From: Candidatus Latescibacterota bacterium
GTDB taxonomy: Bacteria; Latescibacterota; UBA2968; UBA8231
Length of the DNA stretch: 64,000 bases
NCBI GenBank assembly: GCA_965208105.1
Contig: OZ242318.1
Location: 576,001 to 640,000 of the forward strand
Reading direction: 5' to 3'
The position numbers were made by a program, and so were the translations under genes. The notes under the pieces were generated by a model. That model saw only the letters and a program-made list of their open reading frames with translations, had not been told where the DNA came from and did not search any database. Numbering within the stretch: the first letter of the stretch is position 1; every line of letters begins with the position of its first letter. This document shows positions 1 to 8,724 of the stretch, piece after piece.

Positions 1-2
1 CC

Positions 3-635
3 TTCGCGCGCGGAATGCACCGCTATTTCCGCGACCAGTTCGCCGGCCGCTGGCGCGAGGGGGGCGAGTCGAGCCCCTCGATCCACCTTCCCGAGGCCAC
101 CGCTCTGATCGTCGGCGTCGGCGGGATCGGCGCCGAGACGGCGCGCCAGTGCAAAAACTGGGGCATGGCAACCATCGGCGTCGACCCCAGGGTGGGATCG
201 CCGCCTCCCGGGGTGGACGAGCTGCACCATCCCGATGACCTCGACGGACTCCTGCCACGGGCGGATTTCGTCCTAGTCACCGCGCCGCAGACGCCCCGGA
301 CCCAGGGCCTTTTCAGCGGCACCCGCTTCGAGCGCATGAAGACGGGCGCCTACTTCGTCAACATCGGCCGCGGCGCCAACGTCAGCCTGGCCGACCTCGA
401 CCATGCCCTGCGCCAGGGGCTGATCGCCGGCGCCGGCCTCGACGTGTTCGAGGAAGAGCCGTTGCCCCGGGATCACCCGCTGTGGACCGCGCCGAACTTC
501 CTCATGACCCCCCACGTGGCTGCGGCCGGCCCCTACCTGGAGGAGCGCCGCCGCGACCTGCTGGTGGAAAACTGCCGGCGCTTCGCACGCGGCGAGGGCC
601 TGGCAAACGTGGTGGACAAAGAGAACTGGTTCTAA
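3..635 (+). CDS. D-2-hydroxyacid dehydrogenase, NAD-binding (5' truncated by window edge)
   Basis: GVGGIG Rossmann motif, NIGRG, GLDVFEEEPL and TPHVA motifs. The frame is open to the window start. Confidence 0.9.
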   Translation, partial: FARGMHRYFRDQFAGRWREGGESSPSIHLPEATALIVGVGGIGAETARQCKNWGMATIGVDPRVGSPPPGVDELHHPDDLDGLLPRADFVLVTAPQTPRTQGLFSGTRFERMKTGAYFVNIGRGANVSLADLDHALRQGLIAGAGLDVFEEEPLPRDHPLWTAPNFLMTPHVAAAGPYLEERRRDLLVENCRRFARGEGLANVVDKENWF

Positions 636-731
636 GCAGACTGGCGCCTGCGTCCAGGTAAGGCTGGAACAGAGTGGCGGTCCCTGGCCGAAAAGCGACC
701 GAGGGTGCCCCTGGTGGTGGTATTCGGAGAA

Positions 732-1358
732 CTATGGCAGGGCACCGGCGATGAGGAGATAGGCGTCGGCCTTGATCTCGCCGTCGACTTCCCACTCCTT
801 GAGCTCGCCGCCCAGCTTGTCGATCACCTTCGAGCTCAGCTTTTGAAAGGGGGGACGTCCCGGGTCGGCGATGACGATCTGCCCTACCCCGGACCCGACC
901 GCCCTGTCAATCAGCTTGTAGAGCGGCTTGACCATCTTGTCCCAGAAGCAGATATCGGCACCGATGATCAGGTTGGTCCGGCGCAGGTCCTTCTTCTTCA
1001 CCTCCTCGAACTTGCAGCACCAGGTCTCTATTTCCACTTCATTGATCTCGGCGTGCAACTCCAGGTAGGGAAAGACCGCCGGATCCGCATCCATCGCCCT
1101 GACCCTGGCCCCGTGGTTTTTGGCGCAGTAGATCCCGGCCAGGCCCCAACCGCAGCCAATATCCAGGACACGGCTCTCGGGCGGCAGGCCCTGGTGCGCG
1201 AGAAAGTCCATCACGCACCAGCTCGAGCTCCAGAATTTGTTGCCGTGGATTCCGGGCGAATGCTTTCTCTTTCGCGCCCGCACTTTGGGGTGGGCTGCCT
1301 TGAGCACGGTGATGCCGTAGGCCTGGCGCGAGGTCTTCTTTTTCTTCTTCTTGGCCAT
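732..1358 (-). CDS. Class I SAM-dependent methyltransferase (Methyltransf_16-like)
   Basis: VLDIGCGWGLAG motif I, IIGADICF and IADPGR. Poly-Lys N-terminus. Confidence 0.8.
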   Translation of the reverse strand: MAKKKKKKTSRQAYGITVLKAAHPKVRARKRKHSPGIHGNKFWSSSWCVMDFLAHQGLPPESRVLDIGCGWGLAGIYCAKNHGARVRAMDADPAVFPYLELHAEINEVEIETWCCKFEEVKKKDLRRTNLIIGADICFWDKMVKPLYKLIDRAVGSGVGQIVIADPGRPPFQKLSSKVIDKLGGELKEWEVDGEIKADAYLLIAGALP

Positions 1359-1488
1359 CTCGCTCAGCAGAATTCAGGGGGAGACAATGTGCCGGGCGGG
1401 GGAAACTCCCAGGTTTGAGGGAGCCGGCCTCCGCTCCAGTCGGACCGCAACCACACGCCGTGCAGGTTCAGGGACTCCTAAAGGACCC

Positions 1489-2268
1489 TCAGAATCCCCA
1501 GGTCCGCTCCGCGGTCCTGCCCATGACCCACTCGATATCGTCGCCGCCGGCAAAGGCGGGATGGTCCATAACCCCGCGCAGGGTGTTGGCGTAGCCTTCC
1601 CTGGCGGCGCTGGGGGGAAAGTCGCTGCCCCACATCATGCGCTTCACCCCGAAGGCGTCCCTGGCCATCTCGAACAGCGGCGGCACGTGGTCGAACACAA
1701 GCTCGGGGAGGAGGCGCGGGGGGCGGGAGCAGATCTCGCCCAGGCCCGGGACCTTGAGGCTGGTGTTGCCCCGCTCGCCGTGGCGCAGGGCGGCGGCAAA
1801 ATCGGCGTAGGGCGGCTCGTCGATGCCCGCGCCCGCCAGGTGCTCGAGAATGACGTGAGTGTCGGGGCAGGCGTCGAGCACCCGCGCGAAGTCGGCGGAG
1901 GCAAACTCGGACACCTTGCCCAGACTCGTGACCACGAGGCCGAGGTCGCCCGCCCGGCGCCACATGTCGTATGGACCTGCATTGGCGAAGCGGCCGTCGG
2001 GGGCTATGCGCACACCGGCAGCCCCCCGCTCTGCGAGGCGGGCGAGATCGCCGAGGGGATCGGGAGATTCCGGATCGACCAGGACCGCGACCTTGAACCT
2101 GCCCGGACGCCACGCGGCTTCCTGGAGGAGGTAGTTGTTGTCGTAGGTTCCCCCGTGCTGGATGAGAACCGCCTTGTGGACCCCGTTGCGGTCCATCTCC
2201 AGCTCCAGGATCTCGATGGGCTCGAACCAGCTCCTGCCGGCGTGGCAATGGGTGTCGATTATGAGCAT
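1489..2268 (-). CDS. Amidohydrolase family 2 protein (lactonase-like)
   Basis: IIDTHCH, ILEHLA and MMWGSDFP motifs. Confidence 0.85.
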   Translation of the reverse strand: MLIIDTHCHAGRSWFEPIEILELEMDRNGVHKAVLIQHGGTYDNNYLLQEAAWRPGRFKVAVLVDPESPDPLGDLARLAERGAAGVRIAPDGRFANAGPYDMWRRAGDLGLVVTSLGKVSEFASADFARVLDACPDTHVILEHLAGAGIDEPPYADFAAALRHGERGNTSLKVPGLGEICSRPPRLLPELVFDHVPPLFEMARDAFGVKRMMWGSDFPPSAAREGYANTLRGVMDHPAFAGGDDIEWVMGRTAERTWGF

Positions 2269-2351
2269 TTGAGATTGCCCTCTGGATTCGATGGGCAGGA
2301 AACAGAGCCTCCGGCTACCGGTTTCTTGCGCAATCGCGTAGATTTACAGCC

Positions 2352-4337
2352 GTGATCACCCTGTCCAACCTTGGCAAATCATACGGCGACAGGACCCTCT
2401 TTGCCGGGGTCTCGCTCCAGCTCAACGCCGGGGAGCGCTACGGGCTCGTGGGCGCCAACGGATCCGGCAAGACCACCCTCCTCAATATCCTCTCGGGCGG
2501 CCTGGACCCCGGCGAAGGCGAGATCACCATCCCCCAGCGGCTGAGGACGGGCGTCCTCAACCAGGACCAGTTCCTCTTCGAGGACGAGAAAATACTGAAC
2601 GTGTCGCTGATGGGCAATGCCGCCTTCTGGGCGGTAAAGGCCGAGATGGAGCAGCTCCTCGCCAGGGCGGAGGAGCACTTCGACGCCGACCGCTTCGCCG
2701 AGCTCGAGGAGGCCTTCCTGCGCTATGACGGCTACACCGCCGAAGCCAGGGCCGGCACCATTCTCGAGGGCCTGGGGTTGCCGGCCAACCTGCACCACGA
2801 TCCCCTCTCGACCCTGTCGGGCGGCTTCAAGCTGCGGGTCCTTTTGGCCCAGGTGCTGGCCGGCGCTCCGGATGTCCTGCTCCTGGACGAGCCCACCAAC
2901 CATCTGGACATCCTTTCCATCCGCTGGCTCGAGACCTTCCTGCGGGACTTCGCCGGGGCCGCCGTGGTGATCTCGCACGACCACCGCTTCCTCGACAATA
3001 TTAGCACCTCCATCCTCGACATCGACTACGAGACGGTGCAGCTCTACCGCGGCGACTATTCCACCTTCGTCAGGTCCAAGCGGGCCGAGCGCTCCCGCCG
3101 CGAGAAGGAGATCGTCCAGCGCGAGCGCGAGATCGCCCATCACCAGCAGTTCGTCGACCGCTTTCGCGCCAAGGCCCGCAAGGCCCGACAGGCGCAGAAC
3201 AAGCTGCGGCTGATCGAGAAGATGGAGGAAGAGATGGTCGAACTGCCCCACAGCTCGCGGCGCTACCCGGTTTTCCGCTTCGAGCAGAGCCGTCCCAGCG
3301 GCCGCCAGGTGCTGGCGATCAAGGGTGTCGAGAAGTCCTTCGGCGACAACGAAGTGCTGCATGGGGTCGATCTCCTCGTGGAACGAGGGGACCGGATGGC
3401 GATCATGGGGCCAAACGGCATCGGCAAGTCTACCCTGCTCAAGATCGCCATCGGGGAACTCGGCTCCGACGCCGGATCGGTGGAGTGGGGCTACGAGACC
3501 CATCCCGGCTACTTTGCCCAGGACCACAGGACCCAGCTCAGCCCCCCCGGCCAGTCGGCCGAGGAGTGGGCATGGGAATCCTGCCAGGACCAGGGTCTGG
3601 GCTTCGTCCGCAGCCGGATGGGGCAGGTGCTTTTCTCCGGCGATGACGGCAAGAAGCCCCTGAGTGCGCTTTCAGGGGGAGAAGCCGCCCGGCTCGTCTT
3701 CTGCAGGCTGGCCATGACCCAACCCAACGTGCTGGTCCTCGACGAGCCCACAAACCATCTGGACCTGGAATCCATCGAGGCCCTGGTGGCCGGACTCAAG
3801 GACTATTCCGGCACCTTGATCATCGTCTCCCACGACCGCTGGTTCATCAGCCAGCTGGCCACTCGCGTCGTCGAGATCAAACCGGGCGAGGTCCTCGATT
3901 TCAATGGCACCTACGAAGAGTACGTCCACTTCTGCGGCGACGACCACCTCGATGCCGACCAGGTCATCCTCAAGGCCAAACGCTCCCGCAAGAAGAAGAA
4001 GGACCCCGGTCCGGCACCAGCCCGGGGAGCTCTTTCCGCCGGCAAGTCCAAGAACGTGCTGCGCCGGGCGGCCGCACAGCAGGAAGAACGCATGCTGAAC
4101 ATATCCCGGGCGGAAGCCAGGATCGCCGAGATCGACGCCATGCGCTGCGAGCCGGACCACTACGCAAAAACCCCGGCGGACCAGCTGAAGGCCCTCGAAT
4201 CCGAGCGCGCATACGAGGAGCGCAAACTGGAGTCCCTCCTGGAGGAGTGGGAGTTGGCGGAGGAGGAATTGAGGGCCGCTCCCTCCGACCAGGGCCCGCC
4301 CGCCATGAAGAAGAGCGAGCGATTTCCAGGCGCCTGA
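2352..4337 (+). CDS. ABC-F family ATPase (YbiT-like) with extra C-terminal coiled coil
   Basis: Two ABC domains (GANGSGKT and GPNGIGKS, LSGG, LDEPTNHLD twice) and no TM segments. Confidence 0.9.
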   Translation: MITLSNLGKSYGDRTLFAGVSLQLNAGERYGLVGANGSGKTTLLNILSGGLDPGEGEITIPQRLRTGVLNQDQFLFEDEKILNVSLMGNAAFWAVKAEMEQLLARAEEHFDADRFAELEEAFLRYDGYTAEARAGTILEGLGLPANLHHDPLSTLSGGFKLRVLLAQVLAGAPDVLLLDEPTNHLDILSIRWLETFLRDFAGAAVVISHDHRFLDNISTSILDIDYETVQLYRGDYSTFVRSKRAERSRREKEIVQREREIAHHQQFVDRFRAKARKARQAQNKLRLIEKMEEEMVELPHSSRRYPVFRFEQSRPSGRQVLAIKGVEKSFGDNEVLHGVDLLVERGDRMAIMGPNGIGKSTLLKIAIGELGSDAGSVEWGYETHPGYFAQDHRTQLSPPGQSAEEWAWESCQDQGLGFVRSRMGQVLFSGDDGKKPLSALSGGEAARLVFCRLAMTQPNVLVLDEPTNHLDLESIEALVAGLKDYSGTLIIVSHDRWFISQLATRVVEIKPGEVLDFNGTYEEYVHFCGDDHLDADQVILKAKRSRKKKKDPGPAPARGALSAGKSKNVLRRAAAQQEERMLNISRAEARIAEIDAMRCEPDHYAKTPADQLKALESERAYEERKLESLLEEWELAEEELRAAPSDQGPPAMKKSERFPGA

Positions 4338-4353
4338 AAAGGAGGAAGAAAAC

Positions 4354-5178
4354 GTGAACGCGATCGAAACCTTCGAATTCGACCGCCAGGGCTTCCTGGT
4401 CGTCAGGAAACTGCTGAGCTCCGCCGAGGTCGCCTCCCTTTCCGCGGCCGTCGACGAGCTGGAGGAGCACGCCCTGCGCCACGTTCCCCTGCCTCCCCGC
4501 AAACGGAGCGGCTGGGGCCACGTCTACCACGCCAATCCCGGGCGCGGCTATCACGCCAGGGGCGAGCGCGCAGAGGGCAAGACCCTGATGATCGAGGACT
4601 ACTGGAACGCCGATCCCGCCTTCGACCTGCTGCTCGACCATCCCCCGACCATGAGCTACATTCACGGCATCGTCAAGCAACGGCCCACCATCAACAACTC
4701 CGAAATCCGCATCCGCTACCGGGGCAACGCCAGCGGCTGCCACGGCGGCACAGTCTCGGCCAGCCAGAAGTACCGCTACAGCTTCACCGAGCACGGCATA
4801 GACTGCATGATGGTGCGCATGATCTACTTCATCCACGATTGCTCGGACGAGCAGGGAGCGTTCTGCGTGGCTCCCGGGACCCACAAGAGCAATCTGCCCT
4901 CGCCCTACGGCACCGACCCGGACGAGGACCCGGACATGGTGGGACTGGAGGTGGAAGCGGGAGACGCCATCCTCTTCACCGAGAACCTGCGCCACGGCGG
5001 CTTCACCAACCGCTCCCGGCAGACGCGCAAGACCCTGCACGTGGGCTACGGCCCCCACTGGATGATGTCGCAGAACATCGCCACCATGGACGAAAGGCAG
5101 CACATCACCGGGGAGACCTTCGCCCGCCTGACCGAGGCGCAGCGGGACCTGTTCCGGGCTTACCCGCCCGACTCCTGA
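4354..5178 (+). CDS. PhyH-family Fe(II)/2-oxoglutarate enzyme (HGG variant)
   Basis: FDRQGFLVVRKLLS start, PGTHK, GDAILFTENLRHG. AGGAGG RBS upstream. Confidence 0.85.
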   Translation: MNAIETFEFDRQGFLVVRKLLSSAEVASLSAAVDELEEHALRHVPLPPRKRSGWGHVYHANPGRGYHARGERAEGKTLMIEDYWNADPAFDLLLDHPPTMSYIHGIVKQRPTINNSEIRIRYRGNASGCHGGTVSASQKYRYSFTEHGIDCMMVRMIYFIHDCSDEQGAFCVAPGTHKSNLPSPYGTDPDEDPDMVGLEVEAGDAILFTENLRHGGFTNRSRQTRKTLHVGYGPHWMMSQNIATMDERQHITGETFARLTEAQRDLFRAYPPDS

Positions 5179-5333
5179 GAAGCCGCCGCCCGGGCCGGGA
5201 TGGGCTCCGCCTTGACAACCCCTTGCGGCAGACACCTTATTTGCGCCCGGCAATTTTCCCCCTGATCTGGTCAGGCCGCAGCGCCATCAGTTTTCGACTC
5301 GCCCTTTCCCCCAGACCCATGCGAGGAGGCAGA

Positions 5334-6500
5334 ATGACCCGAGGCAACAGCGCAGACCCCCTTGCCATTACCCTTGGCGTGGAGGAAGAGTTCTTCCTGA
5401 TCAATCCCGGGACCCGCGATCTTCTCCCCGACCCCGACCGCGGCATCTTCGAGTATTGTGACAAGAACCGGGGCCCACACCAGGTCGCCGCCGAGTTCCT
5501 GCGCTCGCAGATAGAAACCACCACCCGGGTCTGCCACTCGGTGGCGGAAGTCCGATCCGCGCTGATCGAGACCCGCGGCCTCGTCGCCGGCGCCGCCGGC
5601 GGGCACGGAGCAGCGGCCCTCGCCGCCTCGACCCACCCTTTCGCCGCCTGGCACAACCAGGTGGTGAGCGCCGGGCGCCGCTACGAGCAATTCGTCGTCA
5701 CCTACCAGCAGGCGGTGCGCGAGTTGCTGGTGGGCGGAATGCACGTGCACGCCGGCTTCGGGGACGCGGACAGCCGTGTCCGGGTCATGACCGCCATGCG
5801 GCGCCACCTGCCCCTGCTGCACGCCCTCTCCGCCTCCTCCCCCTTCAGCAGCGGCAGGGAAACGGGCTTCAAGTCCTACCGTCTGACCCTCTTCGGCAGT
5901 CTGCCGCGCACCGGGCTCCCGGGACCACTAGGGTCCAAGGCCGAGTTCGACCGCCTGGTGAACGACTACCGGCGCATGAATTTCATCGAGGACAGCAGCG
6001 AGCTGTGGTGGGATATCCGGCCCTCCAGCGCCTATCCCACCGTGGAGCTGCGCATCTGCGACATATGCCAGACCCTCGACGAGGCCATGTGCGTCGTGGC
6101 ACTCTACGCCGCCCTGGTGCGCAACCTGCTGCGCCAGGATGTGGAAGGCCGCCTCCCCCCTGAGCCGCCCACCGAGCTGATCGCCGAGAACTGCTGGCTG
6201 GCGCAGCGCTACGGGGTGCTCGCCTTCCTTGGGGACACGGACGGAGCGGGACGCATGGACATCGACGAATACGCCCTCTCCCTGGTGGAGGAACTGGAGG
6301 ACGACGCGCGCGCCCTGGACTGCGAGGCCGAGCTGCGCCACGCCCTGGAGATCATCCGCAACGGGGCCGGGGCGGACCGGCAGATCGATCATTTCCGCCT
6401 GCGCCGGCTGGAGGGGGACTCGGAACGGGAAGCCCTGCTGGCTGTGGTCGACCTGGTGGCAGCCGAAACCAGGAAGGGAATCGACCCCGACTCCGCCTGA
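5334..6500 (+). CDS. Carboxylate-amine ligase, GCS2/YbdK family
   Basis: TLGVEEEFFL, GMHVHAG and WWDIRP...TVELRICD. GAGGAGG RBS before ATG 5334. Confidence 0.9.
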   Translation: MTRGNSADPLAITLGVEEEFFLINPGTRDLLPDPDRGIFEYCDKNRGPHQVAAEFLRSQIETTTRVCHSVAEVRSALIETRGLVAGAAGGHGAAALAASTHPFAAWHNQVVSAGRRYEQFVVTYQQAVRELLVGGMHVHAGFGDADSRVRVMTAMRRHLPLLHALSASSPFSSGRETGFKSYRLTLFGSLPRTGLPGPLGSKAEFDRLVNDYRRMNFIEDSSELWWDIRPSSAYPTVELRICDICQTLDEAMCVVALYAALVRNLLRQDVEGRLPPEPPTELIAENCWLAQRYGVLAFLGDTDGAGRMDIDEYALSLVEELEDDARALDCEAELRHALEIIRNGAGADRQIDHFRLRRLEGDSEREALLAVVDLVAAETRKGIDPDSA

Positions 6501-6505
6501 CCCCC

Positions 6506-6671
6506 TGGTGTCCCGTCGCAGAGATAGGTTGACGAAATCAGGCCGCCGAGGCGGCAGGCTCACAAGGCGCCTGAGCGAGTCGTACCAGTAGTGTACGGCA
6601 AGTGAAGGCAACGCCGTGAGCCGGAATGGATCGGCGGAATAATGGCGACATATTTCTGCGACGGGACACTA
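6506..6671 (+). mobile_element. 166-bp MITE-like hairpin element, family 1, copy A
   Basis: Terminal inverted repeats GTGTCCCGTCGCAGA/TCTGCGACGGGACAC. Eight differences from copy 37262-37427 by hand alignment. Confidence 0.85.
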
Positions 6672-6834
6672 TCGCCTGATTGCGCTACTCCGTGTGAATT
6701 CGGGCACCGGTGCATCCCTCCCCCGCCGCAGTCCTCGCCCTCCGTACAATCCCGAAACGACGAGATCGGAGCACATGCCATCCGGGCGCTGCGGGTCCTC
6801 GTTCCTACCCTTGATTTCGCGCGCAGGAACCAGC

Positions 6835-8259
6835 TCAACCTTCAGCTTCGACCGTGGGCCTGCGGCGGTGCCACCCGGCGGCCGTTTCCCAGGCTCGTGC
6901 GGCGCGCAGGACCGTCGCTTCCTTCCATTGTCTTCCTGCAAGCTGCATCCCGATGGGCAACGCCTCCGAGGTGAAGCCGCAGGGGACCGAAATGGTGGGC
7001 TGGCCGGTCAGGTTGAAGGGCCGCGTGAGGCGCGACAATAGAGTCAGCACGTTCTCCCTTCTGTCCCCAATCACTTCCACTTCCTGGTCGATGGCCGGCG
7101 CACCCACCGGCACCGTGGGCGCCAGAAGCAGGTCATAGCGCTCCATGGCCGCGTCGAATTGGGAGTTGTAGGCGCTTCGCGCCCTCTGCGCCTTGATGTA
7201 GTCCACGGCGGGAGTCAGAGCCCCGAGGCGAAGTCGCCCGCGCACGTCTGCGCCCAGGTCTTCGGGACGGCGGCGCAGGGGATCGAACAGGGTCTGGGCG
7301 GCTTCGGCGAAGAGGATGGTGCTGGAGATTCCCAGAGCGTGGTCCAGCGCCGGAATGGAGCAGGGCTCGACCTCGGCCCCGAGTCCGGCGAGGACCTCCC
7401 CGGCCGATGAAATTGCCCGGGATACCTCCGGGGAAATGACGTCGTAGAAGTGGTCCTGGGGAACGCCGATTTTCAGCCCTTCGATCCCCTCTTCCATGGC
7501 GCCGGTGAAGTCGGGCACAGGCACATCGGCCGAAGAAGGATCCCGGGGGTCGTGGCCGGCGATGGCGTTGAGCACCAGGGCGGCGTCGCGGACCCCGCGG
7601 GTCATGGGGCCCACGGTGTCCAGGCTCCAGGCGAGGGGGTATACCCCGTGCCTGGATATTCTACCGAATGTAGGTTTGAGACCGACGATGCCGCAGAGGG
7701 CGGCAGGCAGCCTGATGGAGCCCCCCGTATCGCTGCCCAGGGTCGCCATGCACTGGCCCGCGGCCACCGCGGCCGCCGATCCGCCGCTGGAGCCGCCGGT
7801 GATCCGCTCGGGATTCCAGGGATTGCGGGCGGGACCATCGTGGGGGTTGACGCTGGTTGCGCCGAGAGCGAATTCGTGCATCTGCAGCTTGCCCAGGAGT
7901 ATGGCCCCGGCCCGGGAGAAGCGCTCGGTCACGGCCGCGTCGTAAGAGGGTACGAATTGGCGCAATACCTTCGTTCCCATGGTGGTGCGGATGCCCCTGG
8001 TGTAGTAGAGGTCCTTGAGTCCAATCGGGATCCCGTGCAAAGGGCCCCGGTACTCGCCCCTGGCTATCTCGCGCTCCGCGATGCGGGCGCACTCGAGGGA
8101 CTCCTCTGTTAGAAGGGTGATGAAGGAGTTGAGGGCGGGCTCGGTGGCCTCGATGCGCTGGAGGTGCGCCCGGGTCAGTTCCACCGGGGAGATCTGCCTC
8201 GATTCGATCAGCTCGGCGGCCTCCGCGATCGACAGGAAGACCAAATCCTGGTGGTTCAT
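6835..8259 (-). CDS. Amidase signature family protein (GatA/AtzE-like)
   Basis: GIPIGLKD, GGSSGGSAAAVAAG and GSDTGGSIRLPA motifs. Confidence 0.9.
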   Translation of the reverse strand: MNHQDLVFLSIAEAAELIESRQISPVELTRAHLQRIEATEPALNSFITLLTEESLECARIAEREIARGEYRGPLHGIPIGLKDLYYTRGIRTTMGTKVLRQFVPSYDAAVTERFSRAGAILLGKLQMHEFALGATSVNPHDGPARNPWNPERITGGSSGGSAAAVAAGQCMATLGSDTGGSIRLPAALCGIVGLKPTFGRISRHGVYPLAWSLDTVGPMTRGVRDAALVLNAIAGHDPRDPSSADVPVPDFTGAMEEGIEGLKIGVPQDHFYDVISPEVSRAISSAGEVLAGLGAEVEPCSIPALDHALGISSTILFAEAAQTLFDPLRRRPEDLGADVRGRLRLGALTPAVDYIKAQRARSAYNSQFDAAMERYDLLLAPTVPVGAPAIDQEVEVIGDRRENVLTLLSRLTRPFNLTGQPTISVPCGFTSEALPIGMQLAGRQWKEATVLRAARAWETAAGWHRRRPTVEAEG

Positions 8260-8462
8260 GGGATCTCCTCTGCAGGCGGGAGAGGGCTGAACCTAGTGGC
8301 CGGCCCGTGGGATTCCAGGTCGAGCTTGTCGCAGGCGTCCAGGTCTTCGAAATAGACCCGGGCCCGGTTGACGACCTCATCGAGTTCGAGCCCCTCCAGG
8401 TCCAGGCCGAGGATCCGGGCCTGGGCCAGCAGGGTCTCTCGCGAAAGTTCTCGTGATGGCAT
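8256..8462 (-). CDS. Small GatC/AtzG-like partner protein (68 aa)
   Basis: Stop overlaps the amidase ATG (ATGA). Helical LLAQARILGLDL...LDKLDL pattern. Confidence 0.55.
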   Translation of the reverse strand: MPSRELSRETLLAQARILGLDLEGLELDEVVNRARVYFEDLDACDKLDLESHGPATRFSPLPPAEEIP

Positions 8463-8724
8463 TGCAGGGCTCGTTTCGTCTTTGGTTCGTGCTCGGTTGA
8501 CCCTCCCTTTCCCGCAGGGCGAAGCACGGCGGTCCGGGGTGGCGAACTTCTTATCGAAACCATCCGGCTCCGGGATGTCAACGGCTGCCGGGACCGCCGG
8601 CTCATCAGCCCATTTGCAGGAAAGCGGCCGGGGCTCCTGTGGACAATTGCTTTCTGGTTTTTCCCTTAGCCCCTATCTTATGGGTGATTCTTCGTTGCAG
8701 ATCGAAATATTCCAGCAGACGACC

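Noticed and set aside
6835-8259. Assignment as gatA
   Set aside because: No gatB adjacent, and the sequence looks like a general amidase.
8368-8724. N-terminal extensions of the ORF-track calls (also 4839, 34912, 29755, 23001, 61160)
   Set aside because: They overlap neighbouring genes or promoters. Downstream starts with RBS or signal peptides fit better.
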